From assembly GCA_034780895.1 (NCBI GenBank), contig JAUZTB010000068.1, positions 21,277,964-21,341,963 of the forward strand: 64,000 bases of DNA, written 5' to 3'. The translations under genes were made by a program, and so were the position numbers. How positions within the stretch are numbered: the stretch's first letter is position 1; the number at the start of each line of letters is the position of its first letter. The stretch is from Rhynchobatus australiae (taxonomy: Eukaryota). Below are positions 26,684 to 37,888 of this stretch, piece by piece. Below the pieces are notes generated by a model. The model was not told the DNA's origin. It did no database searches and saw only the letters and a program-made list of their open reading frames with translations.

Positions 26684-27189
26684 CTGAGTAAACAACAGGG
26701 AGACAGAACAGTACACAGGACAGCCAATGTTAAGAACAAACTCTGAGCACAGACACAGGTTCCCTTAGCGGAACATTACAAGACAAGAACAAGCACACAA
26801 GATTACAGATGAAGCATTTTGTTAAAAAGTGGAAAAAAAAAGCTTTGAACTGTGTTGCAGCAGTGCACAAATCTTAGATATACTCTTGGATGCAGTGATC
26901 ATGGATATTTTGAGTTATGCTTGTCATAATACATTTTGTATACACTAGTGTATGTATTGAACGAGGCAGCATTTTTAATTTTTTTTTTGGAAACTCTCCT
27001 AACGTGCAAGTGTTCAGCTTTAATAGTGATGGCACATTTGCTTCTGTTTCAGATGGCCATGACTTCATACATCACCTCAGAGTTTCTGTGTACTTCAGAC
27101 TGACATGTTGTTTGCAGCAGTGAAATACAATTGTATTAATGCAGGTGCAGAGTTTTGGATAAGCCCTCAAACCATAAATTATCTGCTTT

Positions 27190-27400
27190 CTTGAATGAAT
27201 GTAGAAGATGCCATGGTACCATTTGAAAAGCAGCAAGGGTGCTCTCCAGTGCCCAGGCCAATATTTATCCTGAAATCAATGTCACTTAGTCATGTTTGCA
27301 TTGCTGTTTGGGGAATCTTAAAGTGTGCAAACAAACTATCATGTTTCCCTACTTTACGTCAGTGGCTCCACTTCACAAATATTTCCATAAAGTGCAAGGT
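27190..27400 (+). mobile_element. Deu-domain SINE remnant (SacSINE1-like)
   Basis: GTAGAAGATGCCATGGTACCATTTGAAAAGCAGCAAGGGTGCTCTCCAGTGCCCAGGCCAATATTTATCC resembles the recalled Deu core AAAGATCCCATGGCACTATTTCGAAGAAGAGCAGGGGAGTTCTCCCCGGTGTCCTGGCCAATATTTATCC. Confidence 0.65.
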
Positions 27401-28334
27401 AAAAGTAAACTTGTTTTCCCTTTTCATTTCTATTCAAGAGTATTTAATTTGAATTCTTTGGATGCATCGTCTTCCCCTTGCTGGAAATAACTTCCAATGA
27501 CTGAAGAACAGAGACCACCTTGGCTCAGGGTAACCAACTGCCTCATTGTAAGCAGTGTTGTGTTTGGGTTTCATTGAAACTTTATTCTCTACTGCATGCT
27601 CTAAAAGTGCAAATTAGGAGCATGTGTGCATTGTACCCTGCTTCCAAAATTTGGTTTCACTGAAGTGAATGGAACAGAGTTCTGCAGGTGAAGTACAACA
27701 CACAAAACCTACTGCATCACAGATTATATAGTTTTAGTATCACAATGCAGATAAATGTATCCATGGAGCAAAAAAATACTCTACTGGAGGAGTTTTGTTC
27801 CAGATTCCAGCATGTGCAGTGACTTGTCTCTCAAAATTTATCTGCAGTACATAGATTTTACTTTAAAACAATTCAATTGATTGCAGATTAAGTTATGGAA
27901 AATTCAACAACTTATTAGTCATATTGAGAGACAGTTAAGAATAAGTTGTACACAGTACTTATAATTAGATATATAAAGCCAAATCAATTATAAGATTAAA
28001 TAGGTACACTGCTGCTTTCCTAATTAAAAAAATAAACTAAAGATGAAAAGAATATTGACCAAATTAGTCTATGTTAACACGGCAAGCACACTGATGAAGT
28101 AAGAATACACTAATTAGAAACTGTGATCGGTAAGAAATTAAATCACATTTAAATGTATAATTAAAAACAGAAACATGAGAAACAATAGGACAACATTACA
28201 AGAAACAACTACTAACACAACCTTGTTAGTTCCTGTGTATATTTCATTTGTCACATTACAAAATGATTCAGAAAAAAAATATGGTAGCACAGGCATGAAT
28301 TCGTGGGTGGAAAATTTCAGGGTCAGGTTGCAGT

Positions 28335-28636
28335 GGGGGGCACAGTGGTGCAGCTGGTACAGCCACTGCCTCACAGCTCCAGTGACCTGGGTTTGATTCT
28401 GACCTCGGGAACTGTCTATATGGTGACATGAGTTTCCTCTGGGTGCTCAGATTTCTTCCCACATCCCAAAGACATGCGGGTTGGTAAGGTAATTGGCCTC
28501 TATAAATTGCCCCTAATGTGTAGGTTAATGGCAGAACCTGGGAAGAGTTGATGGGAATGTGGGAGAATAAAATGGGAATCGTGTACGTGGGCAGCATGGA
28601 CTCAGTGGACTAACGGGCCTATTCCCGTTCCTAATG
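28335..28636 (+). mobile_element. tRNA-derived SINE, HE1/V-SINE-like (best-preserved copy)
   Basis: Pol III A box TGGTGCAGCTGG and B box GGTTTGATTC, V-domain-like core (TTCCCACATCCCAAAGACATGCGGGTTGGTAAGGTAATTGGC) and CR1-like tail; similar to three other copies in the window. Confidence 0.8.
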
Positions 28637-28837
28637 ACTATCAGAGATAAAAGAAAATTTAAATAATTCACATTCACTCTTACACATTCCAGGATGATGC
28701 TAGGATTGTTTTGAAAGTGTTTTTCAGCAAATAACGTGTGTACCTTCTTTCAAAAGGTAAATGGAACATTAAAGCAGAAGATAAAATTATTTAAAACGCA
28801 TCAAGTTAACTGCATTTTTCTTGATCCATGATGATAC

Positions 28838-28964
28838 CTGTTTTGCTGGTTAACAAAGTTGTATCAGGTGATGTTATTTCCATGATGAGACTTTCTAACT
28901 CAGTTCCTTTATGGTTTATTTCTTGAATTTGTGGAGATTTTGCTGACCAATCTTCCAAAAGAAC
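28838..28964 (-). CDS. MACF1: MACF1 exon, 127 nt (VLLEDWSAK...TSKT); not in the ORF track
   Basis: Manual translation gives EINHKGTELESLIMEITSPD; CAACAG acceptor, G|GTATCA donor, phase 0-1. Confidence 0.92.
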
Positions 28965-29296
28965 CTGTTGATCAAAATAAGCCGCATCATACTATTTTAT
29001 TCAAGCTTTTTCCAGCAGAGGCTTGCTGTTATTGTGCTTCTTTCTGAGAACATTATGAACAATTAGTTCACATGATGACTTCATCGTCTGGATGAGATCA
29101 TTCTCCCTCCCATCCTCCACCAAATAACAGGAAGTGTTTCCACATAACATGCCGAGTAAACTTCCCTGACTAAAATTTGGAAAGCCTGTATACAGATTAT
29201 TTAATCTTCACAGTCATTTTGCACAATAAAATTAAAAATTCACGATATTCCTTAAACAAGCACATTTACCACACATTTTATTTTATGTAAACATAC

Positions 29297-29453
29297 CGTT
29301 ACTTCTTGGATCTGTTTCTCGATCATGTCTGTATTAAGTGCTGATTCAAAATTTGGAATGTTTGCCTCAGTTTCCTTTAACCATTTTCTAATGGATTCAA
29401 CCAGAGAAGTGAACTCGCTCAGAGACTGCTGGCAGGATATTGCCTCTTCCTCC
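29297..29453 (-). CDS. MACF1: MACF1 exon, 157 nt (REEEAISCQQ...IQEVT)
   Basis: TTTTTCAG acceptor, ACG|GTATGT donor, phase 2-0; KWLKETE motif. Confidence 0.93.
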
Positions 29454-31607
29454 CTGAAAAATGGAGACTCAATCAGTGCCGTACATGTTCTTCTTTTATT
29501 AGAAAATGGCACTCATGCTGGAATTGCTTGGCATTTTGAACTATTTCAGATTACATACCTGGTTTACTGATACAGATACAAAGTTAATTATTCTTCTTAT
29601 TTTATCTGCTGCTTTCCCACCATCATTCCTAATTTCCCATGGTAATGCTGACTACTAGATAAAGACCACACCGAGTAACACCTTTGTTTGTTTCTCAACA
29701 GGAGGACGAATTTCAGATAGGGCATCATGTGTTAAATCTAAGCAGGCACTTATTCACATTGGTCCCAATTTTCCATGTGGAATTGCCAGCATTTCCCCCC
29801 CATAATACTCAAGAATAGAGAGGTCCTGAACTTGCAAATTTCTCAACTACACACCGATGTTGCACTCTGCTTGAGGTCCAAGACAAAGTGCCAATTTCCT
29901 GCCATTTCCTAGCAGTTATCCCAGAAAATCTGTCTGCTAGTCAGTGACTCCATTCATTTAGATAGAGAGGAAGAGCGATGAGAGTGCAAGGCAAGTTTAG
30001 GTCATTAACTTAAAACAAAAATGATTAATTACATGCAAGTATTCATTATTGCCTATATAAAAACATATTTAATAGTTAAACGTGCGATAAAAAATTAATA
30101 ATTTTGAACGTTTGTGACTGTCACAGATATTCAAAAACATTGAAGCTCTGTGCATTGATGATAGGTAAGCTGGAGGCTTCTGGGCAGGGTCTGCCACATA
30201 CAGCTCCAAGGCCCTGCACTGCACAGGGCCTCTTCAGCCCGGCTGAATCCAGCTTTGATCAGGAAGTTGCCAGAAGACACAATCCAGCTTAGTGTGGACC
30301 TGGGAGATATTGAGCAGCAAGAGTGACAGCTCCCCACTGCCTGGAAATTCTGAGCTATTGAGCACCACCCTGACTCTGTGGCCAATTAATTGGCTTTAAA
30401 ACGATGTGGGCAAAAAATAACTGATATCAAATCAGGTTTTGCTGAAAATCAATGTCAGTTTTATAGCAGATTATCAATAACTTTATCTCTTTCAGAACAC
30501 AAAACTAGTTTGAGCCTGTTATTTATAAAGCACTTTTGTTTAAACTGCTGAGAAAGAATTTGAGAGATGATAAATATGTTGCTTTGTACTTAGAGAACAA
30601 GTAATCATGTGCATACAAATAGAATGGTACAAACCTGCTCACTTCAAACAAATACAGTGATTATCAAAGAAAAAGTCAGCTTTAATTTTAATGAAATTCT
30701 AAGAATGGACAACTTGGGGCTACAAATCAATGTTGCTGAACAAATCAATGAATAGGTCTTATATTTATGGCAACATAATATGCCCAACTGCAAAGATTCT
30801 GATAGGAGAAAATATTTCACTAAGTTTGGCAAACAATGTCTAATGCCTTTCAAATAAAGAATATTGAATAGCTGAGGACCAATATGTTAATGATTCTCAT
30901 TATGCCCAATTACAAAATGAAGCCAAAAGGGATCACAGTGGATAATCTAAGGTTTAACGGAATTACTGTAGTAAAATTGAGGAGATCCAGAATTGTTCCT
31001 TTTCCATTTCAAAAACCTGGTGCTCGAAGAGTTTGCTTAACACTACCTTTCACCCAAGTTTAGATGGTAAACGATTTATAATCTTGAGCCTTGTTCCAAC
31101 CCGACATTCTGGCCATCACAAAGAACACCTTTCTTGGGCATTGTTACCTCAACTGCCATTAAAACCCCATTCACACCTTTGCCACTTGCAGACATCACGT
31201 CTTAAATGCTTCCCTGGCTACATTCTATTACTCATCTAAGATTTAACTCATTCCATCACTACAGAGAAAGCGAGAGAGTTAAATGACCTGACCAATCTCA
31301 CACAATCTATTGACTGGTTGAAGGGTAATGTTACTGGAAGCCTGAAAAAAAGCTATTTGATCATTGGATGGAAATTGATGGGTCTAAAAAAGAAAAGCAA
31401 AACAGTGGGATAAAAATTAAAAGACAAATTCACGCTGAAGAAAGCTGCTCAAAATAATCATATCCATTTTGATATTTTGGACAGCATATTTTTTTCAAAG
31501 CAACGATAATTCATTAAGTTAATGAACTCTGGGCCGATAGCTCCATAGGGCCAAATATGGCTCATAGATGGCCCAGAAAAGTCCTTATGAAGAATATTGT
31601 CTGTTAC

Positions 31608-31774
31608 CTCTTTTTAATATTCAGTTCTAATTTTTTGTATCCTCTGGTCAGGTCTTTGACGGTCTCCATGAGCTGATTCTTTTCTGTTGAAGTACCAAAT
31701 GCGGTCAGCTCTTCTGCTAATTGCTGTAGAGCCTGTAGGTCTCCTCTTTGCTTCACCATTTCTGTGCTTGCGTC
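31608..31774 (-). CDS. MACF1: MACF1 exon, 167 nt (DASTEMVKQ...LNIKK); its frame is not in the ORF track
   Basis: Manual translation is open; ATCACAG acceptor, AG|GTAACA donor; phase 0-2 fits both neighbours. Confidence 0.9.
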
Positions 31775-32109
31775 CTGTGATAAGTAAACACATGGTCACT
31801 TGTAATTAAAAATGGTAGCCTGGCTGCTCTTTTTCATGTTCAACTGCACTGCTCTCACTGACCAATGCCAGTGCTGCTCTTTGAATGAAAATGATATAAA
31901 TCCCACTTGAGAGGGATTCTTCCCCAATCTCAGCACTCTCCTAAATTATTATAGAATTCTGATAAACAGATTCAAGAGCGCAAGAAATATCAAATTAACA
32001 TGGTTATCAAAGGAAGGTGCTGCCCAAGAGCAGTATTACAATAATATAATTAAATGTTGAAAAATAAACGAAGAATACTTCAAACTCATTTAAAAGTATT
32101 TAATTTATT

Positions 32110-32900
32110 TTTGAGACAAGATCATCACTGGTTGGTTCAGAACTTATTGTACACCTTCAAGATGGTTGTGGTGGAACACATTCTCCAACCACTAACATGT
32201 AATGAAGGAACTTGCACAATTCTATTGAGTCTGGAGAGGGAGGTTGGTTGGGAGAGTGAGGATACAGGTGATGTTTCAGGGTTCCAAACCAGCAACAGCA
32301 AAGGAATGGTAGTTCATGTCCAAGTGAGCAATGTGGCAAGGAGGTGATTTGGAGGGGAACCAGGAGCTAATTATGCTGCTGTGTATCTGATGTTATTCTT
32401 TGAGGTTTTGTGATTTAGGTCATGGATTTGGGAAATGATGTTCAAGAATGTTGGTGAGCTTTTACACTGCATCCAGTAGGTGGTGCACACTACCATGGTG
32501 ACATGATAGAATTAGATGCATAAGCTACGTGACAAGGCACTAATCAAGTGAACTGCAGCATCGTGGATGATGTTGCATGTCCTTGGTATTGTTGCAGCTG
32601 TACTTATACCGACATCTCCTGCTCCTTCTGTGGAAGCCTCTTGGTTTCAGCATTGGCCTCAGTAGTTATTAGAACCCACGGATCCAGAGCAGTAGCAAAT
32701 CATCCTCAATCTCAAGGGTCGGCCTATGTAGTAGCTGTGTTATACAGGTGAGTGGAGCACATTCCATCATACTCCATTATGTGCCCTGTAGTTGGAGTTA
32801 TGGGCAGTCAGAAATTGAGCCAATTCCCTCAGAAACCCAGCCTCCTGTCTATTCCAGTTTAGATCGGGTCTCAAGAGCTTGGTGAGGGGAATCTGAGCAG
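32110..32900 (-). mobile_element. CR1/L2-group LINE 3' fragment
   Basis: GATTTGGAGGGGAAC, CACTAATCAAG and CATTCCATCATACTCC; related to 42255-43330. Confidence 0.6.
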
Positions 32901-33272
32901 TAGCACACCATGGAAAGTGGTTAAGTTCTTGCTAATTTTGCAGTAGTGTGCACACGTGTTGGCCAAGTGGAAGCACCATCACCTCTCGAGAAGGTAGTTC
33001 ATCTTCACCTTCACAAGAGCAATTAAGGACAAGCTACAAGTGCCCAGATTCCAAAAAAGAATGTTAGGTTATATATATTGGACAGGGACTACTTCATTAG
33101 CTAAGTAGTTGCGAATGGAGCTAGATATAGCAAGCTGTTTAATATGTCAAATATCTATCAAGTCAACTGTAGTAGTTTTGTTTTGGCATTCAGTTATGTA
33201 CAATATTTTTAGTGTTGTTTAAACGAACAGTGATGTACTTAAACTAGAAGTAGAAGTTTACAATGTATTCAC

Positions 33273-33590
33273 CAGCATTTTCTGTGAAAAATGAGCAATA
33301 TCTTTATTGGGATCTCCTCCAGCTGCCAGGCTCTGAGATTTACTTTCCATGAACTGTCCAACGTCCTGCACCAGCTTCTCAAACTGCTCCATTTTGGGTA
33401 GCAGTTTTCTCAGCTTCTCCTCCTTCTCTTGCTGTTCAATACACACCGCCTGCACTTGGCTATTTAACTGTTCAAGCTTCTCTTGCAGCGAGGAAGCAGT
33501 TGCTCCATCTGTATTTTCAATAAAACCACGAACCATATCCTGGATTGTGTTAATGCTGCTTTGATGACTAGCAATATCCTGTTTTAATTT
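33273..33590 (-). CDS. MACF1: MACF1 exon, 318 nt (KLKQDIA...SQKML)
   Basis: TTTTTCAG acceptor, CTG|GTGAAT donor, phase 0-0. Confidence 0.93.
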
Positions 33591-33969
33591 CTGAAAAATT
33601 TTAGAAAATACATTCTTGTTTAAAATACTGTACATAATTGGATTTCAGCATACATTTCATAATTCTAATTTTACTGCTCTAAGTAGCAATTGCTTGTTCC
33701 AGTATGCTTTGATTGAGATTAATATCTGTATNNNNNNNNNNNNNNNNNNNNNNNNNNNNNNNNNNNNNNNNNNNNNNNNNNNNNNNNNNNNNNNNNNNNN
33801 NNNNNNNNNNNNNNNNNNNGTAAAACACTTGCTGACCAGGCAAAGAAACTGCTTAGGGAGCGTATGCCAGAAAATCATAATACGATTTTCTGTGACACAA
33901 AACATGATAAAATCATCAAAGTTTTTCAAATTACGGCTCCAAAGAGCAATAGCCCAGGTGAAAACTCAC

Positions 33970-34178
33970 AGTGTTTTGGGCAAGGGCATCTTGGAAGGCA
34001 GCAGACGACAGTGGCAAATTATCCTGATTTTTCAAACTCTTTTCAACACCTTCCAACCAGTTCAGTAAATTATCCAAACCTTCTTGAACATTTTGAGACT
34101 GAGCAATTGACACTTGCAACTTCTCGTTGTGCTCTGAAACTACCTTGGACAAACTCTTGTACCTCTGTGCAATGGAAT
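33970..34178 (-). CDS. MACF1: MACF1 exon, 209 nt (DSIAQRY...LAQNT)
   Basis: CCTTTTAG acceptor, ACT|GTGAGT donor, phase 1-0. Confidence 0.93.
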
Positions 34179-35857
34179 CTAAAAGGAACACACGACTCTG
34201 TTACACAGACATTTAGAAGTGTTTTCAATGATTTTACCATATAAAGTTTCAGAGTTTTCATAAAAATAAATGTAATGTTTATTTTGGAGAAAATAACACA
34301 CATTAAAGACGAATTGCACTTTTAAGTACATTGTTAAAGGAAGGAGACAGGATTGAAAAGGGAAAAGCGAGAGAAAAAAGTGAGCAAGGAATGAAATAAA
34401 AAGGGAGGGAGAAGTCAGATTGAAATGCATGTTAGGAGTAAAATGAAGCATAGGGAAGAGAAGAGGGAATTTGCAAAAGCAAAGTGAGGAGAGAGAAACA
34501 GAAGAACAGGATTAAACCATTCAGCCATGTGCAACTTTTTTAAAAAAAACACTTTAACTCATTTTACCCATCAACAAGAGGAGCAGGTGAAATGGAGGGA
34601 GGAGGAGCAGCAGCAAAAACACAAAGAGTATTCTGCTCAATGGGGCAGGCGCTGATAACAGCTGCTAAAGTTCTCACCAGCAGCACATCCGGCACTGTTG
34701 GGGTGCTCAGTTGCATAGTTCCTCACTGTACTCCCAGCAGAGCATGAAAAATTAGCTCTCATTGTGGGTCTTTGTGCCGTCACAGCCCAAATACTTCCTT
34801 GAGTGCATCATTACCAGATGTTCACATTTGCTAAGTGCCTTTTGCTTAACACTATACCATTTCTTTATAACCATTTGACCACAATATATTTATTTTTATA
34901 AATTACTTACAAGATAAATGCAGAAAAATAGTAGAAACTACAGCCAATGTGGAATTTAGGAAAAAAACAGAATAAATAACAAGAATATGTAGAAAATAGT
35001 TAAGTTGACAGAGCATCTGGAAAAAGAAAAGCAACATTTGAAATTTCAATTATTCTTTCTTCATTCCAACTCCTGACTGAACTCTGTACTTACTGCATCT
35101 TTTTTGATTTGTTTCAGATTCCCTGTATATTTTTATTTTGCCTATTATTAGAAGGTTATCTCAGTTCCAATCAATTTCCTCAGCATTTGAAGAGCAGTTT
35201 GACAGGTATGGCACAACTAGAGCCTAATTAGTTTCTTTAATAACTTAATGCTAGTGTCTCGCTTTGATTGAAACAATTCTCTGCAGGAATTCCCATTTGG
35301 TGCTATTTTCACTTTCAGTGCTCCAAATAAGGCAAAATTAGCCCAACAATTCTAAACCATTAGATACTTCTCATGCAATAGTTTCATACAACCTAACACT
35401 TAAACTATGTGCCACTCTAGCAGAAACATCATTCAATAAATATGCATTTTGCAATACTATTGGGATTCTGACATACTTTTCTGAATCACTACCCACAATT
35501 TAGTAGAGAAAGACGATCTTTTAAGTATTATTGGACTTTCTGAAATACTGCATTTTAATTTGAAACCTTTCTTTAAATGTACACTTCTTTAGAAGATGTT
35601 AAATTTCATTTACTTCAAGGTGTTCAGTACTGTCTAACAAATGATAGCACAATTATGATCTGCTACGTAATGATAACTCAATATTTGAAAGTTAATCAAT
35701 TATAATAAATATTTTAGAAACATTCAGAGAGGTTAGTGGATCACCAATTATTTACATACGTTGAAGATGTATGATTAACTGGAAAGCTGTATTACTTACT
35801 ATTTGTTGTAATTACAGAACCACAGTTTGATATAAGCAGCTGAAGCTGAAATTATAC

Positions 35858-35981
35858 CTGTTGTTTGTTGAATTTGATCCTGGTTTGGAACAAGGTCATC
35901 ATCCAATAACATTAAGGAGTTTGCTGCTTTCTGTAACTTTTCTACACTGACTTGATGTTCAGCTACATCTCCCTGGAGCAT
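35858..35981 (-). CDS. MACF1: MACF1 exon, 124 nt (MLQGDVAEHQ...IQQTT)
   Basis: TTACAG acceptor, G|GTATAA donor, phase 0-1. Confidence 0.92.
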
Positions 35982-37469
35982 CTGTAATTGCAAAATTACA
36001 CAATGATTCATCCATAATTAAATTAATCCTTCTTTCTGTATAAAGGACCACTTAGCTCAACTGATAGCTTGATGGATTTAGATATTGCACTCGTGTGTCA
36101 CAGAGATGCACAGACTGGAAAGAAGATTAAGTAAAAACATCACAAGTAATCTCGACACAATGACCTGCTTTGTGGGTGAGGATGTTTGGATTAGCAAGGA
36201 CCTACCAACTCCAGGATTCTGGAAGACTTACAGTTGGTTTGGTTATGATACGCCCCACTGTGATAGCCTTTTGTGGACTTCCTCAGGAACGGCCACTTGG
36301 ATAAATAATGTGAGGTTAATCCAACGATGCCTGGCAGTTCACAGAAGGCTCATAAAAAGGTGACTCATATTGCCAAATAATATATCCTTTCCCAGTATAT
36401 ATTACTGATTAACGGCTAATTGGTAAAACACATTAAAATAAGAAGTGGTTCCTGGCTTTAACATATCACCAGATCAAAAATCGACATTTATCATTATTAG
36501 TTTATAATTGTAAGTATTTAAATATGTCTGGTGTTTGAGCATGCTCCATTATTGTTGAGCTCACCATCCTCATGTAGTCTATACACAACTCCAGTCTCTT
36601 GACTGGCCCTGAAATGCCCCCAATAAACCTAACAGGTCAAGAATGAATAGCCCATAATCACCAACCTTGGCAGGTTCACCAGGTCCCAAGAAAATATTCA
36701 AAAACTTTATGATAGTTTGTGCCACGTGCAGAAAACTTTATGATAGATTGCTTCACATGCAGAGCTCATTTGGGTCTTCAGCACCAAGGACACAGATTTA
36801 ACTACAATAGGTTGTGTTATGTTGAGTTCCATATATCTGCTTCTTGCTCCTTCACACTGATATGTGATGCACCTAAGCAATCCTCCCCAAGTACACAACA
36901 TCAATTTCCACACGGACACTGATGGCACACAACTTTACCTCACCAACATCTACCCACAACCCACCTACTCGCACTAAATGGTCACACTGTTTCCCTGACT
37001 GGAGGAACAGGAATACTCTCCCACTTAATATTGTGAAAACTGAAACCACAAATTTGTCTTTCTCCCGCAGATTCCAATTCCCTAATGACCAACTCCAGAT
37101 TTCTTTACAATNNNNNNNNNNNNNNNNNNNNNNNNNNNNNNNNNNNNNNNNNNNNNNNNNNNNNNNNNNNNNNNNNNNNNNNNNNNNNNNNNNNNNNNNN
37201 NNNNNNNNNNNNNNNNNNNNNNNNNNNNNNNNNNNNNNNNNNNNNNNNNNNNNNNNNNNNNNNNNNNNNNNNNNNNNNNNNNNNNNNNNNNNNNNNNNNN
37301 NNNNNNNNNNNNNNNNNNNNNNNNNNNNNNNNNNNNNNNNNNNNNNNCACCGGGTCCCAGTTAAACATCAATGTGGGCTACCAAAGTCTAGGAAACCCAT
37401 AAAACATGGTTAAAAAAATATACACACAGTAATAGCAGATTGTTTGGCCCCTTTAAAAAGTTTTGAAGA

Positions 37470-37620
37470 TCAACCTAACACCTGGAAGGAGATTGGCTCC
37501 CTGTTCTTTGTCAGGATTCCATTAAAAGAAGATGGATTAAAGGTGGCCTCGGTTCCTATTTCAGACATCAAACTTAAAAACCTCCCTTCTGGCCTTAACC
37601 CCCATTGATTGAGGTGCACA
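37470..37620 (-). mobile_element. Probable Deu-domain SINE remnant
   Basis: Reverse complement contains AACCGAGGCCACC and AAGAACAGGGAG...CCAGGTGT, similar to the Deu core. Confidence 0.45.
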
Positions 37621-37711
37621 TTAACATTATTTCAAGGCATTCACATCTCTACTTATAATGCAGAATAAGCAATAATATGCAGTGATTTACAGAATAACAA
37701 CTTTGATTTAC

Positions 37712-37888
37712 CTTGATATCTTCAAGCTGTTTCTGCAAGTTTTCTGGATCAGAAGAAATTGTTTCCAACAGAAGCCTATCTCCAGTTGCCTCTGAGCTCT
37801 TTAGCCACATATTCAGCTCATCGGCAATCTCGTGGAAATGTTCATATTTCTCCAACATATTGGCTAGGTGACTGCCAAGTTTAGTGCA
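37712..37888 (-). CDS. MACF1: MACF1 exon, 177 nt (CTKLGSHL...LEDIK)
   Basis: TTCACAG acceptor, AAG|GTAAAT donor, phase 0-0. Confidence 0.93.
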
